DNA from: Vulcanimicrobiota bacterium
GTDB lineage: Bacteria > Vulcanimicrobiota > Vulcanimicrobiia > Eremiobacterales > Eremiobacteraceae
Direction: 5' to 3'
Assembly: GCA_963812135.1 (NCBI GenBank)
Contig: CAWETU010000001.1
Span: forward strand, 224,001 to 288,000
Length of the DNA: 64,000 bases
The notes beneath the pieces are model-generated. The model was not told the DNA's origin and did not search any database. It worked only from the letters and a program-made list of their open reading frames with translations. Shown here in pieces: positions 37,653 to 47,405 of this stretch. The position numbers and the translations under genes are program-made. Numbering within the stretch: position 1 is the stretch's first letter; each line of letters opens with the position of its first letter.

Positions 37653-38206
37653 GGCGATTGCGACCCCATCGCCCGCGCAAGTCTCGACAATCCGAGTTGT
37701 GCGCGCCGCTTCACCGTGCCCAAGGGCGCGCCGGTCCGCTGCGCGATCTGGGCGAGCGTCATCGAGCCGAAATAGGCATACGTGATCACCGTCTTCTGTT
37801 CCGCCGGAAGCTCTTCGAGCGCCGCGCGCACGCCGTGCGCCGCTTCGTGCGCGGCTACTTCATCGAAAGGATCAGCGGCCACGCCGCCCTCGAAGCTGCG
37901 CTCTTCGCGCGCGTTGCGGCGCGATTCAGAACGCACGATACCGAGCGCCGCGTTGCGGGTGACGGTGAACAGCCATGGCCCGATCCCTCCGGTTCGGACG
38001 ACCAGTCCGTGTCGGTGTTGCCACAGGGCCAAGAACGCTTCTTGCACGGCGTCCTCGGCGCGAGCGTCGTCGTGCAGCACGCGGTAGGCCACACCTTTGC
38101 AGCGCGCCGCGTAGCCTTTATAGGCGTCCTCGAGCGCGGTGGCATCGTCTGCCGCTAGGCGCCGGACGAGTTCTGCGTCCACTCCCTCAGCGATTTCCCT
38201 TGACAC
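37649..38206 (-). CDS. ECF sigma-70 factor (SigK-like)
   Basis: AEDAVQEAFL..W, WLFTV.RN, LP..Q..VI..AYF, EIA-like HTH, PLGTVKRR. Confidence 0.9.
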   Translation of the reverse strand: MSREIAEGVDAELVRRLAADDATALEDAYKGYAARCKGVAYRVLHDDARAEDAVQEAFLALWQHRHGLVVRTGGIGPWLFTVTRNAALGIVRSESRRNAREERSFEGGVAADPFDEVAAHEAAHGVRAALEELPAEQKTVITYAYFGSMTLAQIAQRTGAPLGTVKRRAQLGLSRLARAMGSQSP

Positions 38207-38329
38207 GCATGTTATGTTTAGGTTGTCCGATCACTGTATGCCGCGGCTCGTCCCAACGGTTCATTCGAATCCCCGGGACGTCCCGCCAAGCCGCCGAAAC
38301 AGCCTGTTTTGGGGGCGAGTACAAGGGTA

Positions 38330-38460
38330 TATAATGGTCGGGAAGCCCGACCGAATAACTCGGTCGAGCGACCCGTTGAGCCGGTCCTCAAAACGTATAA
38401 GAGGCCGGCGGTTCGTCATCGGCGACGGGCTAAATTCGACCGCTACAGAGGCAAGAGAAC
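38330..38460 (+). promoter_or_regulatory. Putative -10 box (TATAAT) and structured recQ leader
   Basis: TATAAT at 38330-38335, followed by hairpins GGTCGGG/CCCGACC and GCCGGtCCTC/GAGGCCGGC and closing helix CGGTCGA/TCGACCG. Confidence 0.5.
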
Positions 38461-40113
38461 ATGAAGGTCGATCTCGACCTTAACGAAGCGCTCCGCACCC
38501 ATTTCGGCTACGAGAGCTTCCAACCCGGTCAAGAAGAAGTCATCCGGCGTGTGCTGGATGGCAAAGATACGCTTGCCATTTTGGCGACCGGCGCCGGCAA
38601 GTCGCTGTGCTACCAGCTTCCCGCATTGCTGCTGCCGGGCACGACCGTCGTCGTGTCGCCGCTCATCGCCCTCATGAAGGACCAGATCGACATGCTGGCC
38701 GAGGCGGGCATCAGCAGCACGATCGCGCTGAACAGCACGCTCTCCGATGAAGAAGAGATCTCCTATCTCGAGCGCGTGGCGCGCGGCAACCTCAAGCTCA
38801 TCTACGTCACGCCAGAGCGGTTAGAAGATGAGAGCTTCGTCGACGTCCTCAAACGCCTGCACGTGCCGCTGTTCGTCGTGGACGAGGCGCACTGCATCTC
38901 GCAATGGGGCCACGATTTCCGCCCCGCATATTTGAATCTGGGGCGCGTGATCGCCGCGCTCGGCAAGCCAACCGTGCTCGCGCTGACCGCGACCGCGACG
39001 CCCGCCGTGCGCGAAGACATCGTGACGCAGCTCGGCATACCGCATACCAAGCCGATCGTGCGCGGATTCGACCGCCCCAACCTCGTCTATGAGGTGGCGC
39101 GCACCGCGACGGAAGCCGATAAGCTGCGCGTGCTCAAGAACAAATTCAGCGGCTCGCTGTCGGGCGCGCTCGGGATCATCTACACGGCGACGATCAAGAA
39201 CACCTACGCCGTGGCGGAGTACTGCCGCGACGAGCTGGGCATCGAAGCCGACGTGTATCACAGCAAATTGCAAAAGGCCGAACGCGAGCGCGTGCACGAT
39301 CGCTTCATGAACGAAGACGTGAAGATCGTCGTCGCCACCAACGCGTTCGGGCTTGGCATCGACAAACCGAACATCCGCTTCGTGATCCACTACGATTTGC
39401 CGGGCAGCGTCGAGGCGTACACGCAAGAAGCTGGCCGTGCCGGCCGCGACGGCATCGAATCGACCTGCTTGCTGCTGTATCGCCAAAGCGACACGCGCGT
39501 GCAGAACTACTTCCTCACCGGCAAGTATCCCGACGTCGAAGAAGTCCAAAAGGTCTTCGGCACGCTGCAGTACTTCGAGAGCCAAGACAACGGCGTGTCG
39601 CTGTCCGATCTGCGCAAGATCTCGCAGCTGCCGCTGACAAAGCTCAAGGTCATCCTCGCTCTGCTCAAAAAAGGCGGCTTCATCCAGAACGTGACGAAGT
39701 CGACCTACGGCCTGCCGCCGTTGCTCAAGCAGAGCAAGGGCTTGGCGCTCAATCTCGCCAGCTATGAGACCAAGCGTTCGTACGACCAGAGCAAGCTGCA
39801 GATGATCCTGCAGTATTGCGAGACGCGCAGCTGCCGTCGCAAGTTCATCCTCAACTATTTCGGCGAAGATTACGACCTGCCCAACTGCGGCGCGTGCGAC
39901 AACTGCCGTGCGCAGCTCGCCAAGGGCGCGACGATCGAAGTGCTCGACACGCCACGCGTGAGCGAGTTCCGCATCGGCGACATCGTGCACCATCCCAAGT
40001 TCGGGGAGGGCACCGTCGAGCGAGCCGAGCGCGACCTGGTCACGGTGCTGTTCCCGGCGCACGGATACAAGACGCTGCTCGCGACAGCTGTGGCCCGCCA
40101 ACAAATCGCCTAG
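38461..40113 (+). CDS. recQ: RecQ-family helicase (RecS/RecQ2-like, no HRDC seen)
   Basis: TGAGKSLCYQ, VDEAHCISQWGHDFRP, TATA, GIDK.NIR, QEAGRAGRDG, CRR...CGACDNC. Confidence 0.92.
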   Translation: MKVDLDLNEALRTHFGYESFQPGQEEVIRRVLDGKDTLAILATGAGKSLCYQLPALLLPGTTVVVSPLIALMKDQIDMLAEAGISSTIALNSTLSDEEEISYLERVARGNLKLIYVTPERLEDESFVDVLKRLHVPLFVVDEAHCISQWGHDFRPAYLNLGRVIAALGKPTVLALTATATPAVREDIVTQLGIPHTKPIVRGFDRPNLVYEVARTATEADKLRVLKNKFSGSLSGALGIIYTATIKNTYAVAEYCRDELGIEADVYHSKLQKAERERVHDRFMNEDVKIVVATNAFGLGIDKPNIRFVIHYDLPGSVEAYTQEAGRAGRDGIESTCLLLYRQSDTRVQNYFLTGKYPDVEEVQKVFGTLQYFESQDNGVSLSDLRKISQLPLTKLKVILALLKKGGFIQNVTKSTYGLPPLLKQSKGLALNLASYETKRSYDQSKLQMILQYCETRSCRRKFILNYFGEDYDLPNCGACDNCRAQLAKGATIEVLDTPRVSEFRIGDIVHHPKFGEGTVERAERDLVTVLFPAHGYKTLLATAVARQQIA

Positions 40114-41822
40114 TGGCGCTCGTCCGGTCTGCGCGCTTCGTCCGCGCCGCCGTCACCGGCGGCGCGTTCGCGATCGCTCTGACGATCGCCGCGTATGGCG
40201 GCGGCGCGCGCGGTGACCAAACTGCCGCGCCGACGATGACGCCTTCGCCCGCGACCACCACGACGCCGAATGGACCGCAGCCGATCTACCCGCCCAGCCC
40301 GTGCGCGTCGGGCGCCGGCGACTGCAGCCCCGCGCCGCAAGGCACGTATATGGCGACCGAGCCGCCCGCGCCGGCGACTGTCCAAGTGAATCCCAACGCA
40401 GTGCGCGTGCTGCTCGGGCACAGCGCGTCCGCCCGGCTGCTGTCGCCGCCGAGCGGCATCGTGATCCTGTCGGGCCAGGACGAGAACGTGGTGCGCGCGA
40501 TCTTCAACCCGGTCGACCGCACGATCGATCTCTTCGGATTGCATCCCGGCAACACGCAGATCACCATCACGAGCCAACAAGGTCTGACGGCGACCCTGAG
40601 CGTGTCGGTGCAGGTTTCCGCGGGGCGATCGGACGCGTTCACGGCGATCAACATCACGGGGCATCCCGCGTCGTCGGCGTTCGTCGCGGAAATGGCTGCG
40701 CAAGCGGCCACGCACGTGACCTACGCGCAAGCCGGCGCGCACATCAACGCGGGCATCGCCGAGGATTCGCGCGAGCTGCCGCCCGACGACACTGCGATCG
40801 TCCACGTGCCGGTGGACGTCACGGGCGACAATTATTTCGCGTACCACACCACCGTCGCGGTCCGCGTCACGAACCTCGCGCAGCCCCAGCTCGCGCCGCG
40901 ATTCATGCTCGTCTCGGATTTCCCGGAGACGATCACCGAGGAGGGCACGCTTTTCTACAGCGACGTGACGATCGACAAGCCCGCGCGGCTGCTGTACTAC
41001 CACTACGCGCCGCAGGGCGCGCCGCTACGGCGCGTCCTCGTGAAGGTGCAAAACGCGGGCAATGACGCGAGCCTGCTCGAGATGATCGCCGGCATCGGGG
41101 GCCCATACACGGATATCCTCGGCGTCGGCCACGGGTCGACGCTGCGTTTCTTGCAGCACGATGCGGCGGGCGAAGGCCAGGTCTTCGAAGTGCCGCCACA
41201 GGCGACGATCAACGTGATCGATCAGCTGCTGCCCGCGGGCAATCTGGTGGCAGGCCTCATGCAGATGCGCGTCATCACGGGACCCGGGTTGCGCGTGGCG
41301 GTCGTCGTGCAAGCCGCCGACGCATCGCCAATCGAGCCCATCTCCGAAACGCTGCTCTCAAGCTCGGTGAACCACGCCCGCGGCGTCTACGAGGTTCCCG
41401 AGTTCTTCTACGACGAGTCCTACACGGTCGGCGACACGCCGACCACGCTCGCCATCGGGAAGCTGCCGCTGCCGAATCTGGTGCAGGGCGCCGTGCTGGG
41501 CGGCGATTACGGCGTGAAGCAAAGCGCCGACGTCAATCTGCTCAATCCGACCGACCAGCCGGCCGATGTCGGACTGTGGTTCGAGCCGCGCGGCGGCCGC
41601 GCGACCGGCACGCTGTTGATCAACGGCGACATCGTCCAGCTCCATCCCGTCGAACCGATGAAACCGGCGCTCGTGCGCCGCTTCAGCGTGCCGGCGCGCG
41701 GCTTCGTGCACGTGAGCGTCGTGACCATGCCCGAAGGGGGTTCGTCGTACCCCGTGAACTTGCTGTTCGCATCGGATCCGCCGCCGGGCGCGGGCTGGAA
41801 CGTTTCCTCAGCGGTGCACTAG
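40113..41822 (+). CDS. Secreted hypothetical protein (Ig-like N-terminus; possibly DUF3370-like)
   Basis: GTG start overlaps the recQ TAG; signal-like N-terminus, Pro/Thr linker, SDFPE...EG.L motif. Confidence 0.6.
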   Translation: MALVRSARFVRAAVTGGAFAIALTIAAYGGGARGDQTAAPTMTPSPATTTTPNGPQPIYPPSPCASGAGDCSPAPQGTYMATEPPAPATVQVNPNAVRVLLGHSASARLLSPPSGIVILSGQDENVVRAIFNPVDRTIDLFGLHPGNTQITITSQQGLTATLSVSVQVSAGRSDAFTAINITGHPASSAFVAEMAAQAATHVTYAQAGAHINAGIAEDSRELPPDDTAIVHVPVDVTGDNYFAYHTTVAVRVTNLAQPQLAPRFMLVSDFPETITEEGTLFYSDVTIDKPARLLYYHYAPQGAPLRRVLVKVQNAGNDASLLEMIAGIGGPYTDILGVGHGSTLRFLQHDAAGEGQVFEVPPQATINVIDQLLPAGNLVAGLMQMRVITGPGLRVAVVVQAADASPIEPISETLLSSSVNHARGVYEVPEFFYDESYTVGDTPTTLAIGKLPLPNLVQGAVLGGDYGVKQSADVNLLNPTDQPADVGLWFEPRGGRATGTLLINGDIVQLHPVEPMKPALVRRFSVPARGFVHVSVVTMPEGGSSYPVNLLFASDPPPGAGWNVSSAVH

Positions 41823-41841
41823 AAGAGGAGCGCGCTTTTGT

Positions 41842-42255
41842 ATGCCTCACGAACCTCTGGTAAATCCCAACGATGCCCACAACGAGCGGCTGAGCCCGGT
41901 CGAACGCTTCTGCAAGCGCATTTCGGACTCGACCGGGGCGCCGATCGCGCTTGCGATCGTGATCGTCGGACAGTTCGTCTGGATCATCTTTGGTCAAGTG
42001 ACAGGTCGCGATCCGTTCCCATTCATCTTTCTGTTGACGATCTCCAACGTCGTCCAGCTGACGCTGCTGTTCGTCATCTCCGTCGCGCAACGCCAGGCGA
42101 GCCAGCATGCGGAGATGCGAGCAGAACTCGATCACGAGTGGATCGGCCGCCTGCTGGACCATCAGGAACTGCAAGAGGAGCTGCTCCTCCGCATCGCCGC
42201 GAAGACCGGCGCCGACACGGCGGACTTGAAAGCTCGCGCTGACTCGATGAAGTGA
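41842..42255 (+). CDS. DUF1003-like small membrane protein
   Basis: ER....I....G, two TMs flanking DPFPFIFL, SVAQ.RQ. Confidence 0.7.
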   Translation: MPHEPLVNPNDAHNERLSPVERFCKRISDSTGAPIALAIVIVGQFVWIIFGQVTGRDPFPFIFLLTISNVVQLTLLFVISVAQRQASQHAEMRAELDHEWIGRLLDHQELQEELLLRIAAKTGADTADLKARADSMK

Positions 42256-42260
42256 CGTCC

Positions 42261-45200
42261 TCAGACGTCTGAGGGCACGGCGGTCTCAGGCGGGCGCAAC
42301 ACCGGCGTGCTCGCGACGCCGCGGCGGCGGTTCACGAACTTGCCGCCGAAACGCTGCACGATCCAATAGTAGATCGTCGGTACTACCAGCAATGAGAGCA
42401 ATGTCGAGGCGATCAAGCCGCCGATCACCACCGTAGCGAGCGGCGCCTGCGTCGAGCTGCCCGCTTCGATTCCGATCGCCAGCGGCAACATGCCGCCGAT
42501 CGTGGCGAGCGTCGTCATCAGGATCGGACGCAGCCGCATCGGGCCGGCTTTGAGCAACGCATCGCGCGCCGGGACTCCGTCTTCACGCAGCTGGCGCGTG
42601 AACTCGATGACCAAAATGGAGTTCTTCACCGCGATGCCCACGAGCATGAGCGACCCGATGAACGCGGTGAGCCCGAACGCGCGGTGCGTCAGCATCAGCG
42701 ACGCGACGATGCCGACCAGCGACAACGGCACGGCTGCCATGATCACGAGCGGGTCGACGTACGATTCGAACTGCGCGGCCAAGAGCATATAGATCAGCAG
42801 GATCGCGAGGCCGACCGCGAGCCACATCGAGTTGAAGCTCGTTTGACCGCGTTGGATCTCGGGACCGTACTCCCAACGATAGCCAGTCGGCAACGGGTAG
42901 TGGCGCATGAGCACGCCTGCATCGGCCACGATCGGACCCAGGGGCCTGCCGCTGATCGGCGCCGATATCTCGATGCGGCGCTGCCGGTCCTCGCGGCTGA
43001 TGGCCGACGGACCAAGACCCGGTGTCAGCGTCGCCACATCGCCAAGCGTCACGCCGTAGCCGACCGGCCCGGCGATCGCGGCGTTCGGGTTCGCGTTGGT
43101 CGACGTATTGGTGGAGAGTGGCGTGAACTCGAGCGCCTTGAGCGACGAAAACGTGCGGCGCTGTGTCGGCGACAGTTCGATGATGATCGGGTACTGGATG
43201 CCGTTGATCTGATAATAGGAGGCGATCTGACCGCTCGTCGCCGTGCTGATGAAGTTGGCAAGATCGCCTGTTCCCAAGCCGGCCACCATGAGCCGCGTGC
43301 GATCGACTGTGACGTTGATCTCCGGCTGCGAGTTGGTCACGTTCTTGTCCGGATCGCCGACGCCGGGGATCTTCGAGATCGCGGCCATGACGCCGTCCGA
43401 GACCGTCTGCAGCGTGTTGATATCCGGCCCGAAGATCTCAAGCTCGAGCGCCGTCTGTCCTTGCGAGATCTGACGCTGGACGATGTCGATCGTCTGGCCG
43501 CGCGCGATGACGCCGACCATGGCCGCGCGCAGTTCCGGTGGTGCGGAACGCCCGAGCGAGCCGATCCCGTTGAGCCGCGCGCGCCATTCTCTTACGAATG
43601 CGGCGGACGCGGACGCGCTCGTCCCCGGCTTGAGCGCCACTTGGATGCTGGCGCGATTGGTGATCGGACGGACGTTGCCGCCACCCCCGGTCTGGCCGAC
43701 CGTCGCGCCCACGGCGACCACGCGCGGGTCTTTGAGCAGCGCGTTCTCCACCACCGTCGAGATCTGATTCGTCACTGCCAATGCGGCGCCGTTGGGCGCT
43801 TGCAGATCGAACTGCAAGAAGCGCGAGTCCGATGGCGGGAAGATCTCTGTCGGCACGACGCCCAGCGCCAGGACGCCGATGGTGATCGCGAGCAGCGCCG
43901 CCGCCGAACCGATCACTCGTGCGGGCCTGTCCAAGCAGTAATTGAGCGCGGCGCGATAGGCGGCTTCCAGGCGGGCGTAGAGCCGGTCAAAGCGCGCGCC
44001 GAAGGACTCACGGGCCGGCGGCTCCGAGGCGCCGTCCGCCGCCTGCCCCTGGTCTCGGCGCAGCAGCTCGGTGGCGAGCATCGGCACCGTCAGGATCGCG
44101 ACGATGAACGAGATGCCGACGCCGCTCATAACGACGATCGCGAAGGGGCCGAAGATCAGTCCCTGGATGCCCGGGATCAACATGAGCGGCAAGAACACGG
44201 TGACGACCGTGATCGACGACGCGAAGACGGCGCCGAGGATTTGCGTGGTCGCGCCTTCGGCCGCATCCGCCGGTTGCATCCCGGTGCGCAAGAAGCGCGA
44301 GATGTTCTCGATCACGACGACGGCGTCGTCCACGATGAGGCCGACGGCCAGTGCCAAACCTCCCAGCGTCATCACGTTGAGCGACTGGTGCGTCACGTAC
44401 CCGATGAACAGCGCGCCAAGCACGGAGATCGGCAGTGAGACGGCGACGATGACCGTCGCCCGCCACGAGTGCAAGAAGAGCAAGATGATCAGCACCGCGA
44501 GGATGGCGCCGTAGAGGGCGGTGTGCTGCAGCGACGCGAGCGCGGTCAAGATGAACTCGCGCTGATCGAGCATCGTGCTCCATTTGATGGTCGGGTGGCG
44601 CTGATTGATGTCGTTGATCTTGTCGTTGATGCCTGCGGCGACGTCGACGATGTTCGCGTTGGGCTGCGCGGTGATCGTGAGCTGCACCGACGGCGCGCCG
44701 TTGACGCGCGAGAAGACGCGCTGCTCCTGGATCGAATCGCTGACCGTTGCGACGTCGCGCAGCCGGACGGGCACGCCGCCCGACATCGCGACGATCGTGT
44801 CGGCGATCTGGGCGGGCGCCTTGTAGAGCGCGTTGGTGCGGATGCCGTATTCCTGCGCGCCGATCTGGATGAGCCCAGCAGGCAGATCTACGTTCTCGCT
44901 CTTGATGCGCGACAGCAGCATGTCGAGCGTGAGGCCGACCGATGCGAGGCGGTGTTCGTCGGGCTGGATCATGATGGCGCGCTGGGTCACGCCTGAGACG
45001 CCGACGCTGCCGACGCCGCGCACCGACGCGAGTTCGTCCGACAGCTCGTTGACGATCAAGTCCGAAAGATCGCGCTGCGTGCGCGTCGGATCGGTCAGCT
45101 GGAGCGAGAGCACCGGCGTGGCGTTGGGGTCCGCCTTGATGATCTGCGGCTCTTGCAGGTTCGGATCGTTCGGCAGCGACGCGCGGATGCGGGCGATCTG

Positions 45201-45530
45201 TTGCTGGACGTCGACTGCCGCGACGTTGATGTCCGTGCCGTACAGGAACTGGACCCGCACGGTGGACTGGCCCTCGGACGACGTCGACTCGAGGATATCG
45301 ATGCCCGAAACGCGGCTCACCGCGTTCTCGATCGGACGCGTCACCGTGGTCTCGATGGTCTCGGGCGAGGCGTTGGTGTACGCCGTGCTGACGCTGAGCA
45401 CCGGCGGGGCGAACGACGGGAGCAGCGCGACCGGCAGGCGCGGCCAGGCGAAGATTCCAAGCACGACGATCGCGGCGGACAACATCGCGACGGCGACTCG
45501 ACGGGTGACGGCGAAACGGGCGATGGACAT
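42261..45530 (-). CDS. RND (AcrB/SwrC-type) efflux permease
   Basis: VTRPIE, G.IVDDAVVVIENI, AAQFES, GIAVKNSIL, RLRPILMTT. Confidence 0.93.
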   Translation of the reverse strand: MSIARFAVTRRVAVAMLSAAIVVLGIFAWPRLPVALLPSFAPPVLSVSTAYTNASPETIETTVTRPIENAVSRVSGIDILESTSSEGQSTVRVQFLYGTDINVAAVDVQQQIARIRASLPNDPNLQEPQIIKADPNATPVLSLQLTDPTRTQRDLSDLIVNELSDELASVRGVGSVGVSGVTQRAIMIQPDEHRLASVGLTLDMLLSRIKSENVDLPAGLIQIGAQEYGIRTNALYKAPAQIADTIVAMSGGVPVRLRDVATVSDSIQEQRVFSRVNGAPSVQLTITAQPNANIVDVAAGINDKINDINQRHPTIKWSTMLDQREFILTALASLQHTALYGAILAVLIILLFLHSWRATVIVAVSLPISVLGALFIGYVTHQSLNVMTLGGLALAVGLIVDDAVVVIENISRFLRTGMQPADAAEGATTQILGAVFASSITVVTVFLPLMLIPGIQGLIFGPFAIVVMSGVGISFIVAILTVPMLATELLRRDQGQAADGASEPPARESFGARFDRLYARLEAAYRAALNYCLDRPARVIGSAAALLAITIGVLALGVVPTEIFPPSDSRFLQFDLQAPNGAALAVTNQISTVVENALLKDPRVVAVGATVGQTGGGGNVRPITNRASIQVALKPGTSASASAAFVREWRARLNGIGSLGRSAPPELRAAMVGVIARGQTIDIVQRQISQGQTALELEIFGPDINTLQTVSDGVMAAISKIPGVGDPDKNVTNSQPEINVTVDRTRLMVAGLGTGDLANFISTATSGQIASYYQINGIQYPIIIELSPTQRRTFSSLKALEFTPLSTNTSTNANPNAAIAGPVGYGVTLGDVATLTPGLGPSAISREDRQRRIEISAPISGRPLGPIVADAGVLMRHYPLPTGYRWEYGPEIQRGQTSFNSMWLAVGLAILLIYMLLAAQFESYVDPLVIMAAVPLSLVGIVASLMLTHRAFGLTAFIGSLMLVGIAVKNSILVIEFTRQLREDGVPARDALLKAGPMRLRPILMTTLATIGGMLPLAIGIEAGSSTQAPLATVVIGGLIASTLLSLLVVPTIYYWIVQRFGGKFVNRRRGVASTPVLRPPETAVPSDV

Positions 45531-45588
45531 AGGCTGCTTGCTTTTTCGCGCTAGAGCCTAGGAATGTCTGCCTCTGCGGCGCTCGCTT

Positions 45589-46377
45589 TCATAATTTGGC
45601 GCTAACCTGCGCTTGCACGCGGTAACGCCACAGATTCGCTTGGCCGTTCCCACCAATCCCCCAGATATCGAACGCGCTCAACGTGGTCGCCCTGCCGATG
45701 TTCGCGGTGATGCTCGGACCGATCGCGGACACGAAGATTCCGCCCCGCGCAAAGTTGACGCGCGCTTCGTACAAGAGCGCGACCGCGCCAGAGCGCGGCG
45801 TCAGGACATACGGCGTCGCGCTGAGATCATAGTAGCTCGTCCACGACGAGCCGGGCGGCACGATGACGCTTTGCGCGAAGCGGTTCTCCAGGCTTAACCC
45901 GCCGCTGTTCCAGCGCCAGCGGACGTCGTAGTGCGGGCGCACCTGCATGTCATCACTCTTGACGCCGTTCGTCACGGTCGGCAGCCAGAGCTCGCCCACA
46001 AGCGCGTGGTCGAAGGCTTGCCCCTTGACGCCGTCGATGTAGACGAGCGCGATGCTGCCCAGCCCGCTTTTCGGAGCCCGCATCGCGGCGAAACTCGTGA
46101 CGAGCGGCAGATAGATCTTTATGCTGCGGCGTTTGCTGAACGCCTTTCCGAACGTGAGGCGGTACTGCGCCATTCCCGCGCCGTTGCGCTTCGATTCGAA
46201 GAAGTAACGCGCGGCGAACGTGTGGCTGACCTCAAACGCATCGTCCGACGTTGTCTCGAGCGTGCTCCGGTCAGGACTTGCGCGGGCGGAACCGCTGCTC
46301 TCGTCGCCGCGCGAGGCGGTCGCGCCCGCGAACGCGATTGCGCACGCGGCGACGGCCGCTAGCCACCGCGGTTTCAT
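45589..46377 (-). CDS. Secreted hypothetical protein, possible outer-membrane beta-barrel
   Basis: Signal peptide, alternating aromatic beta-strands; ATG 46377 overlaps the GT stop (ATGA). Confidence 0.5.
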   Translation of the reverse strand: MKPRWLAAVAACAIAFAGATASRGDESSGSARASPDRSTLETTSDDAFEVSHTFAARYFFESKRNGAGMAQYRLTFGKAFSKRRSIKIYLPLVTSFAAMRAPKSGLGSIALVYIDGVKGQAFDHALVGELWLPTVTNGVKSDDMQVRPHYDVRWRWNSGGLSLENRFAQSVIVPPGSSWTSYYDLSATPYVLTPRSGAVALLYEARVNFARGGIFVSAIGPSITANIGRATTLSAFDIWGIGGNGQANLWRYRVQAQVSAKL

Positions 46378-47405
46378 GTGGCGCAAACCTCTTCATAGAC
46401 ATTCATCAGCCGCGCGGCGACGGCGGACCACGTATACTCGCTTGCGATCGTGCGTCCGAGCGCGACACGATTGTGCGCCGCAGGCCCACCGCTCGTCGCT
46501 GAGTCGAGCATCGCGGCGAATGCGCTGTCGTCGCCCGCAGGCGCGTACCACGCCGCATCGCCCAGGACTTCGCGGTGGACTGGGATGTCGGACGCGATGA
46601 CCGGCACGCCGGCGGCGAGCGCCTGGAGCGGCGGCAGATCAAACCCCTCGTACTGCGACGGCGCGATCAGCGCGGTCGCGCGACCATACAGTGCGAGCAG
46701 CTCCTCGTCGGCGATGAATCCGCGCAGTTCCACGCGCGGGCCGATGTTCAAGCGTTCGATCTCGCGGCGCACCTCATCCGCGTACGGAGTGAGCGGACCA
46801 ACTGAAGTCAGCCGCGCCTCCGTGCTGCGCGCCACCGCGCGCACCGCCGTCAACAGATCCTTGCGCTCCTCGACGGTGCCGACGGCGAGCACCAGGGGCG
46901 GCGCCTGTGCCTGACGCTCGAGCGCGAAGTAGCGTTCGTCCACGCCAGCGCCGGCGACGGCGATCCGTGCCGCATCGATGCCCAGCGCGTCGGCGATCTC
47001 GAGGCGCGCCACGTGCGTGTCGGCGACCAGCTTGTCGGCGGCGCGAGCGAGGCGCGGTTGCCATCTCCCGAAATACCAGCGAATATGCGCGCGCCCGCGA
47101 TTACCCGCGCGCCGCCACGCGAGATCGTGCAGCGTGAGCACGCATGGGTGCGGCGGGCGCCAGGGCAGCGTGCCGCCGGTCCAATGCACGACGTCCGCGT
47201 GGGCTTCCCGCGCGAGCCGCCGCGCGCGAAGCTGGTCCCAATAGATGCGCCGGTCGAAGCGCCACAGATCGAAGCGGTCGTCGCGCAATTCGACGACGTC
47301 CACGTCGCCCCGCGCGCGCAGCGCGTCGGCCACGCGCGTGGCGTACACGCCGAGCCCAGTAGGCGTGCCGAGCGCGAACTGCGTGTCGAGAGCGACGCGC
47401 AACAT
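46374..47405 (-). CDS. GT4 glycosyltransferase
   Basis: TGLGVY, LTLHDL, VGTVEERKDL, PS.YEGF.LP.L.A.A.G.PVI.SD. Confidence 0.88.
   Translation of the reverse strand: MLRVALDTQFALGTPTGLGVYATRVADALRARGDVDVVELRDDRFDLWRFDRRIYWDQLRARRLAREAHADVVHWTGGTLPWRPPHPCVLTLHDLAWRRAGNRGRAHIRWYFGRWQPRLARAADKLVADTHVARLEIADALGIDAARIAVAGAGVDERYFALERQAQAPPLVLAVGTVEERKDLLTAVRAVARSTEARLTSVGPLTPYADEVRREIERLNIGPRVELRGFIADEELLALYGRATALIAPSQYEGFDLPPLQALAAGVPVIASDIPVHREVLGDAAWYAPAGDDSAFAAMLDSATSGGPAAHNRVALGRTIASEYTWSAVAARLMNVYEEVCAT

Noticed and set aside
27096..38206. Genomic island or mobile element carrying the operon
   Set aside because: No integrase, transposase, tRNA or flanking direct repeats seen, and no obvious compositional shift by eye.
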